A stretch of DNA of 64,000 bases from Chloroflexota bacterium (GTDB lineage Bacteria; Chloroflexota; UBA11872; VXOZ01): assembly GCA_965221905.1 (NCBI GenBank), contig OZ244922.1:2400001-2464000 (forward strand), written 5' to 3'. Shown piece by piece: positions 1 to 11,501 of this stretch (position 1 is the first letter of the stretch; each line of letters opens with the position of its first letter). The translations under genes were made by a program, and so were the position numbers. The notes under the pieces are model-generated. The model was given only the letters and a program-made list of their open reading frames with translations, ran no database searches and was not told where the DNA came from.

Positions 1-83
1 TGGTCGCATTCGGCGCCGGCCTTGCTTGGGGAGCAACGGTGATGCGTTGGACTAGTCCTGTTGCGCAGACCGTAGGCAAGTGA
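1..83 (+). CDS. fabH: 3' end of beta-ketoacyl-ACP synthase III (partial)
   Basis: Frame from nt 3 reads VAFGAGLAWGATVMRW...K*, the FabH C-terminal motif; TGA at 81-83. Confidence 0.75.
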   Translation, partial: VAFGAGLAWGATVMRWTSPVAQTVGK

Positions 84-160
84 CAGGAGACGTCCAGACT
101 ACCTCTGAAATTGGGTCTGTGCGCAAACCCATTCCCCTTGATACCGAGCAAGCCAGAACC

Positions 161-718
161 CTATCCGGGGCGTATCTCCCAGAAGTCTTTGCCGAGCGCA
201 TCGTACGGCAAGCGGCGCTCGTCAGGGTCTTGGGCATCGAAATGCTGATTGACGAAGTAGAAGAGGAAGGTCTCCGTCGTCCCCACGTTAGCCGCGCCGT
301 GGGCCACCCCGCGAGGGATGACCAAAAGCTGACTGCGACCGCGTCCCAAGACAAACCGCATCGTGTTACCTGCGGTCGGGGAAGTTTCCCGCACGTCCCA
401 TAAGCCCACTACGAGATTCTGTGAAGGCGGCACAAACCAGAGGTCTTCCTGCTTGAAGTGGAGATGCCACGCCTTGATCGCCCCCGCAGCCATTAGGGAA
501 CAGTTTACTTGCCGCACTTCGAAGCCTTCAAGACCCGCAAGCGCCCCATTCGCTAGACGGCCAAGCTCAGTGAACGAGCCGCCGTCTTCCACAAACGTCT
601 GTAACGGCAGCATCTGCACACCATCGATCTGCGACTTAGCGCCGTACTCCTGACGTGAGACACTGTCCCTCACATCTTCCTGAATGTCACTCAAGCCGAT
701 TGGCGCTTTTTCTGCCAT
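161..718 (-). CDS. dTDP-4-dehydrorhamnose 3,5-epimerase (RmlC-like cupin)
   Basis: DGGSFTE, IKAWHLH, DVRETSPT and LVIPRGVAHG motifs; start chosen at MAEKAP. Confidence 0.85.
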   Translation of the reverse strand: MAEKAPIGLSDIQEDVRDSVSRQEYGAKSQIDGVQMLPLQTFVEDGGSFTELGRLANGALAGLEGFEVRQVNCSLMAAGAIKAWHLHFKQEDLWFVPPSQNLVVGLWDVRETSPTAGNTMRFVLGRGRSQLLVIPRGVAHGAANVGTTETFLFYFVNQHFDAQDPDERRLPYDALGKDFWEIRPG

Positions 719-1001
719 GCTTCTTTCTCTTGGAAATTGAGATGGAGTAAACCAATTACGGGATCGCCGGCGCGGCCGGGCCGCCAATGCAGTCCTTCAG
801 TAAACCGGTGACCCCAAGCTTGTTACCGACATGCACCGTTGGCAACCTCATTGGTCTGATTGCCCCTTGGTATTGTGAATGATACGATGCCGTCTGGACG
901 TTCCGCAACTTATCGTATCGATACTTTCCAGTCGCCGCTGCGGAAGACTTCCCTTCCCCTTAAAGGCAAACAAGCACTAGACTCGGACGTTGGATAGCTA
1001 A

Positions 1002-1524
1002 GTGTCAGCCAAGTCTCCGGACAACTCGGCAAGCCGACCGAACTTCCTCGTCATTACATCTGAGTTGGCCGGGGCACGTTACAGCGGTATCAACACACGA
1101 CTGCATAGTTAGCCTGCTCGATTTTGCCCCAACCATGCTCGACATTGCGGGCGTTCCTATTCCTGAAGGCCAAAAGCCGCCTCGTGCAGTTGGAACATGG
1201 GAATATCCTCCGTGGCCCGGACGGAGCTTGCTGCCAATCGCGACAGGCCGGGAGATCGGCACATCTGACACCGCTCTCGTCGAGGACGACCAGGATGATC
1301 TCGGTTTTCGGTTGCGGACACTCGTCACTCAGCGTTACCGTCTGACCGCATATTCAGGACAGAGCTACGGTGAGCTATTCGATTTGCAGGAAGACCCAGA
1401 CGAAGTACACAATCTCTGGGACCAACCGAGGCATGCAAGACTACGAGACGAACTGCGCATCGCCCTTTTGGATCGGATCATCTCTACCGACCACGCCCTG
1501 CCACCCCGCATGGGTATTTCATAA
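1002..1524 (+). pseudogene. Sulfatase remnant with large internal deletion
   Basis: N-terminal RPNFLVITS (GTG 1002) is joined out of frame at ~1062 to C-terminal SWPG...SLLDFAPT...ELFDLQEDPDEVHNL. Confidence 0.75.
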
Positions 1525-1706
1525 CGGGCTTCTTCTAGTACAAGCATCTCCGTCTGCACGTCTCATTCCGCCGGGACTCGCGATTTGCCGCATCTGCTAC
1601 CGGTTAGCAGCATACCGCTGGTCTTCGGCTGCAAGCCCCGTCCCAAAGCCAGCGCACGCATGTAGCGACATTGATCGCGGACTGCCCGCGTCGCCGCACC
1701 TCTCTG

Positions 1707-1735
1707 TTGACACAGGTGAGTGCAAGTGATAAACT
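1707..1735 (+). promoter_or_regulatory. sigma70-type promoter of the str/S10 superoperon
   Basis: TTGACA (1707-1712), 17-nt spacer, TGa-TAAACT extended -10 (1730-1735). Confidence 0.75.
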
Positions 1736-1788
1736 CTATTTTTGCGTGTAATGTGGACTTAGAACTCTCGATTTGGCAGGTTCGAACA

Positions 1789-2247
1789 GTGCCTACAACC
1801 AATCAGCTCGTGCGAAAAGGGCGAAAGTCCAAGACGATAAAGGGCAAGTCTCCGGACTTACACTGGAACTATAATGCCCTAAGTAATCGGTCAGTTCGCA
1901 CAGATGGTTCGCCGCAGAAGCGCGGTGTCTGCATTTCAGTGCGCACACTCACGCCAAGGAAGCCGAATTCCGCCCTGCGGAAGGTGGCTCGTGTGCGGTT
2001 GACCAATGGCAGAGAAGTCACGGCATACATTCCAGGTGAGGGCCACAATTTACAGGAGCACTCGGTAGTACTCATCCGCGGAGGCCGCCTAAAGGACGTA
2101 CCCGGTGTTCGCTACCATATAGTGCGGGGTACATTGGACGCAGAAGGTGTCTACACGCACGCGGGTGCACCGCAGGAGCGCAATAAAGCGCGCTCCAAGT
2201 ACGGGACCAGACGTTCACGACCGGTGACGGGTGCTGGCGCCTCGTAG
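1789..2247 (+). CDS. rpsL: 30S ribosomal protein S12
   Basis: [34 protein letters not shown]; GTG start 1789. Confidence 0.98.
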   Translation: MPTTNQLVRKGRKSKTIKGKSPDLHWNYNALSNRSVRTDGSPQKRGVCISVRTLTPRKPNSALRKVARVRLTNGREVTAYIPGEGHNLQEHSVVLIRGGRLKDVPGVRYHIVRGTLDAEGVYTHAGAPQERNKARSKYGTRRSRPVTGAGAS

Positions 2248-2362
2248 GAGAGCGCCCGTTTTACAAGCTACGCGACGTCAAATTACTGTTTAGTTTCTTG
2301 CAGCAGTTGTTGGCCTCGAGATCGAAGCTGACAACGCTGCTGTGCGTAAAGGGCAATTGAGC

Positions 2363-2833
2363 ATGCCGCGGCGAGAAAGAGTTGTAAAGCGGAAAATTCC
2401 GCCGGACCCCAAGTTTCGCAGTGTCACTCTGCAGCAGTTCATCAATAAGCTGATGAAGTGCGGTAAGAAGAGCACCACCGAACGATTCGTCTATGGCGCA
2501 TTCGACATTATTGAATCGCGCACCGGCCGCTCCGGCTTGGACATTTTCGATCTTGCGGTGCGCAACGTGACGCCCATGGTCGAAGTGCGGCCGCGCCGGG
2601 TTGGCGGAGCCACCTACCAAGTGCCTATGGAGATACCAAGCGGCCGACGGCTCTCCTTGGCGCTGCGCTGGATCGTACGGTACTCCCGCGAGCGGCGGGG
2701 GCCAAGCATGGCAATAAAACTGGCAGAGGAACTAATCGACGCCGCTGACGGCCAGGGCGCTTCCATTCGGCGCCGAGACGAAACGCACCGTATGGCAGAG
2801 GCAAATAAGGCCTTCTCTCACTACCGGTGGTAA
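2363..2833 (+). CDS. rpsG: 30S ribosomal protein S7
   Basis: RRVGGATYQVP, HRMAEANKAFSHYRW. Confidence 0.98.
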   Translation: MPRRERVVKRKIPPDPKFRSVTLQQFINKLMKCGKKSTTERFVYGAFDIIESRTGRSGLDIFDLAVRNVTPMVEVRPRRVGGATYQVPMEIPSGRRLSLALRWIVRYSRERRGPSMAIKLAEELIDAADGQGASIRRRDETHRMAEANKAFSHYRW

Positions 2834-2905
2834 GTTAGACAACAGTCACTGGAATAACAACATCGAGCAATACGTAAATCGGTTGAGGCACCCAGAATCT
2901 AGCAT

Positions 2906-4978
2906 ATGGAACGTCAATTCCCAATAGAAAAATACCGCAATATCGGCATCATTGCCCATATAGACGCCGGAAAGACCACCACGACCGAACGGGTGCTCTT
3001 CTACTCCGGCCGCATTCACCGCATGGGCGAAGTGCATGAAGGCACTACCGCCATGGACTTTATGGTCCAGGAGCGTGAGCGCGGCATCACGATTACGGCG
3101 GCCGCCACGACTTCGACGTGGCGCGACCATCGCATCAACATCATCGACACACCCGGACACGTTGATTTTACCGCTGAAGTTGAGCGCTCACTGCGTGTCC
3201 TCGATGGCGGTGTCGTTGTGTTCGACGCGGTATCGGGGGTAGAGGCGCAATCTGAGACCGTGTGGCGTCAGGCAGATCGGTACAAGGTTCCGCGCATTTG
3301 TTTCGTAAACAAGATGGATCGCATCGGCGCTGACTTTTGGAATTGCATTGAAATGATACGCGATCGCTTGAAAGCGCAGGCGGTGCCAATCCAAATGCCT
3401 ATTGGCGTTGAGGATTCTTTCATCGGTATGATCGACCTTTTCTCCATGAAGGCTGTTACCTTTTCGGACGAGCTTGGCGCGAAGCCCTCCATCATGGAAA
3501 TTCCGGATGAGCTACGCCCTGAGGCGGAGCAGCGCCGGCACGAGATGATAGAAGCCATTGCGGAGCATGATGAGGATCTACTTCTGAAGTACCTCAATGA
3601 CGATGAACTCTCCGTTGAGGAGTTGCAGGCTGCTCTCCGTCGGGCAACGTGCCGCGTAGCGCTCGTCCCAGTGTTGTGTGGCGCCGCGCTCCGCAATAAA
3701 GGGGTGCAACCTTTGCTTGACGCCGTAGTTAACTTCTTACCATCGCCAACTGAGGTGCCGTCTATTCAGGGACTGTCGCCCCATACCGGTTTGGAGGAAT
3801 CGCGGGCGTCTAGCGATAGCGCTCCCTTTGCAGCCCTGGCGTTCAAGGTTGTAACCGACCCATATAGCGGTCGGCTGGTTTACCTGCGCGTCTACTCCGG
3901 TACGGCGGAAGCCGGGATGCAGATGCTCAATGCGAGTCGCAACCGACGGGAGCGTCTCGGGCGTCTCCTCTTCATGCATGCGGACAAGCGGGAAGAGATA
4001 TCAGCCATTTTTGCCGGTGAGATTGTGGCCGCCGTCGGGCTTAAGGATACTTTTACGGGCGATACCCTCAGCCAGGTCAACGATCCAATCACATTCGAGA
4101 CAATCAAGTTCCCGGACCCTGTACTTCACATGGCCATTGAGCCTAATAGCCGCCTAGATGAAGATAAGTTAACTACGGCGCTCCGTCGCCTTTCCGATGA
4201 GGACCCCACGTTTCGTGCCGGTCAAGACCCTCAAACCGGTGAGACTATTATTGGGGGCATGGGCGAGTTGCACTTGGAAGTGATTTCCGATCGGCTGCTG
4301 CGAGAGTTTGGTGTCGAGGCATCGCTTGGAGCCCCCCAAGTTGCGTACAAAGAGACTGTCCAAAACTCTATCGAGCAGGAAGGTCGTTTCATTAGACAGA
4401 CCGGAGGCAGAGGCCAATACGGTCATGTTTGGCTGCGCATAGAGCCGCTTGAAAGCGGTACCGGTACTCAGATCGAGAACAAGGTCGTTGGTGGCACAAT
4501 TCCAAGGGAATATATCTCGGCTGTGCAAGCCGGCATCAGAGATAGTTTGCTCGCAGGTCCTCTCGGCTATCCGGTAGTTGACATTCGGGTTACTATGTTT
4601 GATGGTTCATCTCATCCGGTGGACTCATCTGAGCTAGCGTTCCACAATGCGGCGGTCTTGGCAATGCGCGAAGGGCTGGTAAAAGCAAGGCCAGTGACTC
4701 TCGAGCCGATAATGCAGGTGGAAGTAATGATCCCCGAGGAATTCCTTGGCGAGATCTCGGGTGCGCTTAATGCGCGGCGTGGGAGAATTGACGACATTCA
4801 GACACGGCTTGGAACCAAAGTTGTCCAGGCAAAAGTACCGCTCGCAACTATGTTTGGTTACGTAAGCAACTTGCGTTCCAGCACACAGGGGCGCGGCACG
4901 TATTCGATGCAATTTTCGCACTACCAAATAGTGCTCCGCAGCTCCAGCGAATTGGTCGCGAAAGCTGGCAGGAACTAG
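2906..4978 (+). CDS. fusA: Elongation factor G
   Basis: [34 protein letters not shown]. Confidence 0.98.
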   Translation: MERQFPIEKYRNIGIIAHIDAGKTTTTERVLFYSGRIHRMGEVHEGTTAMDFMVQERERGITITAAATTSTWRDHRINIIDTPGHVDFTAEVERSLRVLDGGVVVFDAVSGVEAQSETVWRQADRYKVPRICFVNKMDRIGADFWNCIEMIRDRLKAQAVPIQMPIGVEDSFIGMIDLFSMKAVTFSDELGAKPSIMEIPDELRPEAEQRRHEMIEAIAEHDEDLLLKYLNDDELSVEELQAALRRATCRVALVPVLCGAALRNKGVQPLLDAVVNFLPSPTEVPSIQGLSPHTGLEESRASSDSAPFAALAFKVVTDPYSGRLVYLRVYSGTAEAGMQMLNASRNRRERLGRLLFMHADKREEISAIFAGEIVAAVGLKDTFTGDTLSQVNDPITFETIKFPDPVLHMAIEPNSRLDEDKLTTALRRLSDEDPTFRAGQDPQTGETIIGGMGELHLEVISDRLLREFGVEASLGAPQVAYKETVQNSIEQEGRFIRQTGGRGQYGHVWLRIEPLESGTGTQIENKVVGGTIPREYISAVQAGIRDSLLAGPLGYPVVDIRVTMFDGSSHPVDSSELAFHNAAVLAMREGLVKARPVTLEPIMQVEVMIPEEFLGEISGALNARRGRIDDIQTRLGTKVVQAKVPLATMFGYVSNLRSSTQGRGTYSMQFSHYQIVLRSSSELVAKAGRN

Positions 4979-5016
4979 CTAATCTTCGGAATGAAGAGCA
5001 AGGAGAGAGCAAGAGG

Positions 5017-6219
5017 ATGGCGAAGGAGCGATTTGAACGAACCAAGCCGCACGTGAACGTCGGCACGATTGGGCATATCGATCACGGCAAGACCACGCTC
5101 ACCGCAGCGATCACTAAGGTGCTTGCCCTGCAGGGCGGCGCCGACTTTGCCCCCTTTGACAGCATCGATAACGCTCCCGAAGAACGCGAGCGCGGTATCA
5201 CTATCGCTATCGCTCACGTCGAGTACGAGACCGTTAACCGCCATTACGCTCACGTCGACTGCCCCGGCCACGCCGACTACATCAAGAATATGATCACCGG
5301 CGCCGCGCAAATGGACGGCGCTATCCTCGTCGTGTCCGCTCCCGACGGCCCCATGCCGCAAACCCGCGAGCACGTCCTTCTCGCTCGCCAGGTCGAAGTC
5401 CCCGCCATGGTCGTCTATCTCAACAAGTGCGATATGCTCGACGATGAGGAACTCCTCGAACTCGTCGAACTCGAGGTCCGTGAACTCCTCTCGAAGTACG
5501 ACTTTCCCGGCGACGATATCCCCGTCATCCGCGGCAGCGCCCTCCACGCTCTCGAAAGCAACAGCGACGATCCCGATGACCCAGCCTTCGCCTCCATCCT
5601 CGAACTCATGGAAGCCGTAGACGACTATATCCCTACGCCTGCCCGCGCTATCGACCAGCCCTTCCTGATGCCTATCGAAGATGTCTTCAACATCAAGGGC
5701 CGCGGTACCGTCGTCACCGGCCGTATCGAACGCGGCCAGGTCAATACCGGCGAGGTCGTCGAAATCATCGGCATCCAACGCGATATCCAATCCTCCGTCG
5801 TTACCGGCGTCGAAATGTTCCGTAAAATCTTGGACTCCGGCCAGGCGGGCGATAACGTCGGCTGCCTCCTGCGCGGCGTCGAAAGAGATAATGTCCAACG
5901 CGGCCAGGTTCTCGCCGCTCCGAAATCCATCACCCCGCACACCCGCTTCGAGGCCGAGGTCTATGTCCTCAGCCGCGATGAGGGCGGCAGGCATACTCCA
6001 TTCTTCCCCGGCTATCGTCCCCAGTTCTACGTCCGTACTACCGACGTCACCGGCTCTATCGCCCTCCCCGACGGCGTCGAAATGACCATGCCCGGCGATA
6101 ATATCACCATGACTATCCACCTCATCAACCCCGTCGCCCTCGAAGAAGGCGTCCGCTTCGCTATCCGCGAGGGCGGTCGTACCGTCGGCGCCGGTGTCGT
6201 GACTAAAATCCTGGAGTAG
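5017..6219 (+). CDS. tuf: Elongation factor Tu
   Basis: [40 protein letters not shown]. Confidence 0.99.
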   Translation: MAKERFERTKPHVNVGTIGHIDHGKTTLTAAITKVLALQGGADFAPFDSIDNAPEERERGITIAIAHVEYETVNRHYAHVDCPGHADYIKNMITGAAQMDGAILVVSAPDGPMPQTREHVLLARQVEVPAMVVYLNKCDMLDDEELLELVELEVRELLSKYDFPGDDIPVIRGSALHALESNSDDPDDPAFASILELMEAVDDYIPTPARAIDQPFLMPIEDVFNIKGRGTVVTGRIERGQVNTGEVVEIIGIQRDIQSSVVTGVEMFRKILDSGQAGDNVGCLLRGVERDNVQRGQVLAAPKSITPHTRFEAEVYVLSRDEGGRHTPFFPGYRPQFYVRTTDVTGSIALPDGVEMTMPGDNITMTIHLINPVALEEGVRFAIREGGRTVGAGVVTKILE

Positions 6220-6221
6220 CT

Positions 6222-6533
6222 ATGGCGCAGCAGACAATCCGCATTCGACTAAAGGCATTCGACCACAGAGTCCTCGATCAATCGGCGGGACAGATCGTAA
6301 GTGCCGCTCAGGGGACCGGCGCCCGGATCGCGGGCCCAATTCCGCTGCCCACTGAGATCAACAAGTTTACGGTAATCCGTTCCGCGTTCATTGACAAGGA
6401 TTCTCGCGAGCAGTTTGAAATCCGCACGCATAAACGGCTGATCGACGTGCTTGAGCCAAATGCAAAGACAATGGATGCACTCTTGCGGCTAGAACTGCCT
6501 GCCGGTGTAGACATTGAAATGAAATCCATGTAG
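6222..6533 (+). CDS. rpsJ: 30S ribosomal protein S10
   Basis: [29 protein letters not shown]. Confidence 0.98.
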   Translation: MAQQTIRIRLKAFDHRVLDQSAGQIVSAAQGTGARIAGPIPLPTEINKFTVIRSAFIDKDSREQFEIRTHKRLIDVLEPNAKTMDALLRLELPAGVDIEMKSM

Positions 6534-6545
6534 AAGGTGCCCAGC

Positions 6546-7211
6546 ATGTCAGTTGGCCTGATCGGCAAAAAACTCGGAATGACCCAAGTCTTCGATGAAG
6601 ACGGCGCCGCCGTACCGGTGACGGCAGTGCAGGCAGGACCTTGCACTGTGGTGCAAATCAAGGCTGCCGCAGGCGCGGATGGTTACAATGCGGTGCAGCT
6701 TGGATTTGGCGAACGTCAAAAGGGTATTACAAGCCCGGCACGCGGTCACGTTGAAAAGCATCTGGGCCACGAAGCGGCAGTACCGAGAGATCTGCGGGAA
6801 TTCAGGGTAGCGGATCCCGGCGAATATGAATCCGGCCAGACATTCGACGTAGAGATCTTCGCTCCCGGTCAAATGGTAGATGTATCCGGCATATCCAAAG
6901 GCAAAGGGTTCGCTGGCGTGATGAAAAGACACAACTTCAGCGGCCAGCAAAAGACTCACGGCCAGTCCGATCGATGGCGTGCCCCCGGTGCCGTTGGCAT
7001 GGGTACAACGCCGGGTCGGGTGTGGAAGGGCAAGAAGATGGCTGGAAGAATGGGACAGGATCTCGTAACCGTACTGAACTTACGAATTGTAAGCGTCGTC
7101 GCAGAACAAAGCATCCTTCTCATAAAGGGTGCGATACCGGGAGGGCCGGGCACCCTGGTTTCGGTTCGTCCAGCGGTAAAGTCATCCGGATCGACGCAGG
7201 CGAGTGAGTAG
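6546..7211 (+). CDS. rplC: 50S ribosomal protein L3
   Basis: GKKLGMTQVF, SKGKGFAGVMKRH, KGKKMAGRMG. Confidence 0.98.
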   Translation: MSVGLIGKKLGMTQVFDEDGAAVPVTAVQAGPCTVVQIKAAAGADGYNAVQLGFGERQKGITSPARGHVEKHLGHEAAVPRDLREFRVADPGEYESGQTFDVEIFAPGQMVDVSGISKGKGFAGVMKRHNFSGQQKTHGQSDRWRAPGAVGMGTTPGRVWKGKKMAGRMGQDLVTVLNLRIVSVVAEQSILLIKGAIPGGPGTLVSVRPAVKSSGSTQASE

Positions 7212-7217
7212 ATTGCT

Positions 7218-7844
7218 ATGGATTTGAACATTCTCGATACCCAAGGTAATGCCGTGGGAACCGCTGCGCTCCCTGATCTCATATTCGGGATTGAGCCGCA
7301 CGAGGCTTTGGTGCATCAGGCGGTCATCCGCGATGAGGCGGGGCAGCGTCTTGGCACTGCTAGCACAAAGACCCGCAGCGAAGTACGTGGGGGCGGGCGT
7401 AAACCGTGGCGACAGAAGCACACGGGCCGAGCGAGGCACGGCAGTCGGCGGTCGCCCATTTGGCGTACCGGCGGCGTGACCTTTGGACCGCACCCCAGAG
7501 ACTACCACATGGCAATGCCGCGAAAAATGTGGCGCAGGGCGATGTTTTCGGCTTTGTCGTCCAAAGCGCAATCCGGCCGGCTGCTCGTAGTCTCAGGGTT
7601 TTCGAATGAGAAGATTAGTACCAAGGAGCAAGTGGCGTTCCTGGACTCACTTGGCGTTGACTCTAGCGCGCTCTACGTGACGGACTCGCCAACACCTGAG
7701 TTGCTCCTTTCCATTCGAAACCTGCCCGATGTCACGCTTTCAACTCCGAGCACGCTTAGTGTCCGCGATGTGGTGGTCTTCGACCATCTAATTCTCGATG
7801 CCGACGCTGTCGCCGCATGCGAGAGCCTCTGGGGGCAGTCATGA
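7218..7844 (+). CDS. rplD: 50S ribosomal protein L4
   Basis: KTRSEVRGGGRKPWRQKHTGRARHGS. Confidence 0.98.
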   Translation: MDLNILDTQGNAVGTAALPDLIFGIEPHEALVHQAVIRDEAGQRLGTASTKTRSEVRGGGRKPWRQKHTGRARHGSRRSPIWRTGGVTFGPHPRDYHMAMPRKMWRRAMFSALSSKAQSGRLLVVSGFSNEKISTKEQVAFLDSLGVDSSALYVTDSPTPELLLSIRNLPDVTLSTPSTLSVRDVVVFDHLILDADAVAACESLWGQS

Positions 7845-8128
7845 AAACAGCTCAAGAGATTCTCGTTAAACCGCTCATTACCGAAAAGGGCACACTGCTC
7901 TCAGATCAAAATAAGTACCTTTTCGCCGTGGCAATCGACGCGACCAAAATTGACGTACGACGCGCAGTGGAACAGACATTCGATGTCACGGTGTTGGCTG
8001 TAAATGTCATAAACGTCCCGGGCAAGGAGAAGCGGTTCGGCAGACACCGCTATCGAACAAAGCGTTGGCGCAAAGCTATTGTAACCCTGCAACAGGGTCA
8101 GACTATTGACCTATTTAGCGGCGTCTAG
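7841..8128 (+). CDS. rplW: 50S ribosomal protein L23
   Basis: [14 protein letters not shown]; operon position. Confidence 0.96.
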   Translation: MKTAQEILVKPLITEKGTLLSDQNKYLFAVAIDATKIDVRRAVEQTFDVTVLAVNVINVPGKEKRFGRHRYRTKRWRKAIVTLQQGQTIDLFSGV

Positions 8129-8142
8129 GGAAGAGCAAGCCT

Positions 8143-8973
8143 ATGCCAGTAAAATCCTATAAACCCACATCCCCCGGCCGGCGCGGCATGAGCACGGTGT
8201 CGAGCGATGATATAACCAAGACAACTCCGGAACGCCGGCTGACCAAGGGCATGAAGCAAAAAGCCGGTCGGAATGTTTCCGGGAAACTCACTGTTCGTCA
8301 TCGGGGTGGCGGCCACAAGCGGCGCTATAGAACAATCGACTTCAAACGTGATAAGATAGGGATTCCTGGCACTGTAAAGGCAATAGAATACGATCCAAAT
8401 CGAAGTGCTCGGATCGCCCTTATCGCGTACAGGGATGGAGAGAAGCGGTATATACTTGCCGCAGCCAGGATGGACGTAGGAGATACCGTGATGTCGGGAC
8501 CGGACGCCCCTATACGGCCAGGCAATTGCCTGCCACTGAGTAACATTCCGGCAGGAACGGCTATCCATAACGTTGAACTACAGGCAGGTCGCGGAGGCCA
8601 ACTGGCACGCAGTGCCGGATCATCGGTGCAGCTCATGACAAAAGAGAGCGAATTTGCCGTTATCAGAATGCCGTCGGGTGAAATCCGTCGTGTGCACTCG
8701 AACTGTGTGGCAACCATCGGCCAGGCTAGCAATGTTGACCACAATGGCACGACTACTGGCAAGGCAGGACGGACACGCTGGCGGGGCCGTCGTCCCACTG
8801 TTCGTGGTTCTGCCATGAACCCATCGGACCATCCCCACGGCGGCGGCGAAGGTAAATCGCCTATCGGCATGCCGGGCCCGAAGACTCCCTGGGGGAAGCC
8901 GGCGCTGGGCTTGCGCACGCGCAAGCGAAAGCCTTCGGACAGATTTATTTTGCGGCGCCGTTATGCGCAATAG
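8143..8973 (+). CDS. rplB: 50S ribosomal protein L2
   Basis: [25 protein letters not shown]. Confidence 0.99.
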   Translation: MPVKSYKPTSPGRRGMSTVSSDDITKTTPERRLTKGMKQKAGRNVSGKLTVRHRGGGHKRRYRTIDFKRDKIGIPGTVKAIEYDPNRSARIALIAYRDGEKRYILAAARMDVGDTVMSGPDAPIRPGNCLPLSNIPAGTAIHNVELQAGRGGQLARSAGSSVQLMTKESEFAVIRMPSGEIRRVHSNCVATIGQASNVDHNGTTTGKAGRTRWRGRRPTVRGSAMNPSDHPHGGGEGKSPIGMPGPKTPWGKPALGLRTRKRKPSDRFILRRRYAQ

Positions 8974-8988
8974 AGAGAGTACCATAGC

Positions 8989-9270
8989 ATGTCGCGATCA
9001 CTAAAAAAGGGCCCTTTCGTCGACCAGAAGCTGCTAAAGCGCATTCAGACTATGAATGACAGCGGGCAGAAGCGTGTGTTGCGCACCTGGTCGCGAGCGT
9101 CCACCATTTTTCCGGACATGGTCGGGCATACAATTGCCGTGCACGATGGCAGGCGGCACGTACCCGTGTACATCACGGAGAATATGGTTGGACATAAACT
9201 GGGCGAGTTTTCGCCGACACGGCACTTTCGCGGCCACTCGCGGGAAGATCGCGCTACTCAAGTTCGCTAA
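8989..9270 (+). CDS. rpsS: 30S ribosomal protein S19
   Basis: [23 protein letters not shown]. Confidence 0.98.
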   Translation: MSRSLKKGPFVDQKLLKRIQTMNDSGQKRVLRTWSRASTIFPDMVGHTIAVHDGRRHVPVYITENMVGHKLGEFSPTRHFRGHSREDRATQVR

Positions 9271-9288
9271 TTGTTGAGGACAGCACGG

Positions 9289-9642
9289 ATGCAAGTACAA
9301 GCAATAGCAAAATATCTGCGAGTGTCGCCGCGTAAAGCGCGGCGGGTGGCAGCCACGGTAAAGGGCAGGCCCGCTGGGGAAGCACTGGCAATCCTGCGCT
9401 TCCTGCCAAGCCCAACGGCACGTACACTGGCAAAGGTAGTGCGTTCTGCCATTGCAAACGCGGAAAACACGTACAATTTGGACCCAGCAAGCCTGACGGT
9501 AGCTAGTGTGCTGGTGAACAAGGGCCCGGTCTTCAAGCGAATCGATCCGAAATCCCGCGGCCAATGGGGGCTTGTCAGGAAGCGCACAAGCCATGTAACC
9601 GTAATCGTTGAGAATGAGGAGAACCTAAGTCGTGGGACGTAA
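9289..9642 (+). CDS. rplV: 50S ribosomal protein L22
   Basis: SPRKAR, SAIANAEN, KRTSHVTV. Confidence 0.97.
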   Translation: MQVQAIAKYLRVSPRKARRVAATVKGRPAGEALAILRFLPSPTARTLAKVVRSAIANAENTYNLDPASLTVASVLVNKGPVFKRIDPKSRGQWGLVRKRTSHVTVIVENEENLSRGT

Positions 9643-10501
9643 AGTTCACCCGATCGGATTCCGTTTAGGCTTCAACCGTACATGGAGCAGCCGTTGGTAT
9701 GCAGGCAAAGAGTACTCGACGCTCGTGGAAGAGGATAGCAAGATTCGCAAGGCGGTTATGGCACAATTCGAGCACCATCGCACCGGATCCACGGGCGGGA
9801 GACGGTCAAGCATGGGCGCCGGCATCTCCCAGGTAGATATTGAACGTGCAGGAACGGCGATCAAGGTAGACATCCATACTGCGCGTCCCGGTATTGTTAT
9901 TGGGCGTGGAGGAGCCGCGCAGGCCCAATTGCGTAAAGACTTGCGCGAACTGACCGGCAAGAACGTGCGCACAAACATCATTGAAATAAGACAGCCGGAG
10001 ACAAATGCTTACTTGGTCGCCCAATCGGTATCCGAACAGTTAGAGCGGCGTGTTTCACCTCGCCGCGCGATCAAGATGGCGGCGGAACGCGTCGTACGTT
10101 CTGGAGCTATTGGCGTGAAGTTGATGGTCGGCGGTCGTCTTGGCGGCGCTGAAATGTCGCGCAGTCAGAAGGAAATCCGGGGTACGGTACCGCTGCAAAC
10201 GCTCCGCGCCAATATTGACTATGGCTTTACACAAGCAGTCACCACCTACGGAATTCTGGGTGTGAAAGTCTGGATCTATACTGGCGACGTGACACCTGAA
10301 GAATTCTATGCCCGGCAGGAAGCCGCAACTCCAGAAGAGACTCCGTCTCCTCCGCCGCGTCGGCGACGGAGACGCCCTCGGCCCGGTTCTGATCGTTCTT
10401 CCGAAGGGAGCAGCAATCGGGGACCGAGGCGAGAGAGCGGCTCGAGGCGAGAGAGCGGCTCCAGGAATAGGGATAGCGGTACTAAGCCAGCGAGTAAGTA
10501 G
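9632..10501 (+). CDS. rpsC: 30S ribosomal protein S3 with Arg/Ser-rich C-terminal tail
   Basis: [33 protein letters not shown]. Confidence 0.98.
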   Translation: MGRKVHPIGFRLGFNRTWSSRWYAGKEYSTLVEEDSKIRKAVMAQFEHHRTGSTGGRRSSMGAGISQVDIERAGTAIKVDIHTARPGIVIGRGGAAQAQLRKDLRELTGKNVRTNIIEIRQPETNAYLVAQSVSEQLERRVSPRRAIKMAAERVVRSGAIGVKLMVGGRLGGAEMSRSQKEIRGTVPLQTLRANIDYGFTQAVTTYGILGVKVWIYTGDVTPEEFYARQEAATPEETPSPPPRRRRRRPRPGSDRSSEGSSNRGPRRESGSRRESGSRNRDSGTKPASK

Positions 10502-10509
10502 CACCAATT

Positions 10510-10932
10510 ATGTTGATGCCGAGACGCACAAAACACCGCAAGATGCACCGCGGCCACCGCCGCGGCAAAGCACGGCGCGGTTCAACCATCGCCTTTGGTG
10601 ACTTTGCCTTGCAAGCGCTAGAAGGCGGCTGGGTCGACAATCGCCAAATCGAGTCGGCTCGGCGCGCAGTGACGCATCACATTCGCCGCGGCGGACAAAT
10701 GTGGATCCGAATCTTTCCGGACAAAGGACTGAGTAAGAAACCCGTCGAAGTACGTATGGGCGGTGGCAAAGGGCCGCCAGAGGAGTGGGTCGCAATGGTC
10801 AAACCCGGACGAATTCTGTTTGAGCTCACCGGAGTTCCGCAGGAGATCGCACAAGAAGCGATGTTGCGTGCCTCCCACAAACTGTCCGTAAAAACAAGAT
10901 TTATCTCCCGTGAAACACCGGAGATCATATAG
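10510..10932 (+). CDS. rplP: 50S ribosomal protein L16
   Basis: [25 protein letters not shown]. Confidence 0.98.
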   Translation: MLMPRRTKHRKMHRGHRRGKARRGSTIAFGDFALQALEGGWVDNRQIESARRAVTHHIRRGGQMWIRIFPDKGLSKKPVEVRMGGGKGPPEEWVAMVKPGRILFELTGVPQEIAQEAMLRASHKLSVKTRFISRETPEII

Positions 10933-10953
10933 CTAGCACTAGGAAGACCTGGG

Positions 10954-11157
10954 ATGACGAAACCGGCGGAATTACGTGCGCTGAGCGCAGACGACTTGCA
11001 ACAGCGACTGGAAGAGGCTCAGGAGGAGCTCTTCAACCTGCGCTCGCAGCAAGCAACAGTGCAATTGGAGAACCCCGCTCGTTTCGGTGTTTTGTTTAGC
11101 GAAATTGCGCGCATCAGAACGATCTTGCATGAGAAAGCACTCGGCATCACCAATTAA
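10954..11157 (+). CDS. rpmC: 50S ribosomal protein L29
   Basis: [19 protein letters not shown]. Confidence 0.95.
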   Translation: MTKPAELRALSADDLQQRLEEAQEELFNLRSQQATVQLENPARFGVLFSEIARIRTILHEKALGITN

Positions 11158-11177
11158 GTGAGAGCAGTGATAGAGTA

Positions 11178-11501
11178 ATGACAGACGCAACGAGATCAAC
11201 CGGCCGCCGGAAGCAAAAAAAAGGAACCGTAGTTAGCGACAAGATGGATAAGTCAGTAGTCGTTAACGTTACGCGCGTGCGCAGGCATCCGTTGTATAAG
11301 AAGACGGTCCGCAGCACCAAGAAGTACCTTGCGCATAGTCCGCAGAATGACGTACATTTCGGCGATCGGGTGATAATCGAAGAGACACGGCCCCTATCCA
11401 AGCATAAGCACTGGCGGGTTGTGCAGGTTATTGAAAGAGGCGAACAGACGCCGCAGATGGCTTCTGCCCAGGTAGTCGAACTCGCAAAGGCAGTGGAATG
11501 A
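11178..11501 (+). CDS. rpsQ: 30S ribosomal protein S17
   Basis: [24 protein letters not shown]. Confidence 0.97.
   Translation: MTDATRSTGRRKQKKGTVVSDKMDKSVVVNVTRVRRHPLYKKTVRSTKKYLAHSPQNDVHFGDRVIIEETRPLSKHKHWRVVQVIERGEQTPQMASAQVVELAKAVE

Noticed and set aside
4975-6120. 381-aa antisense ORF over tuf
   Set aside because: Shadow ORF caused by tuf codon bias; no recognisable motifs.
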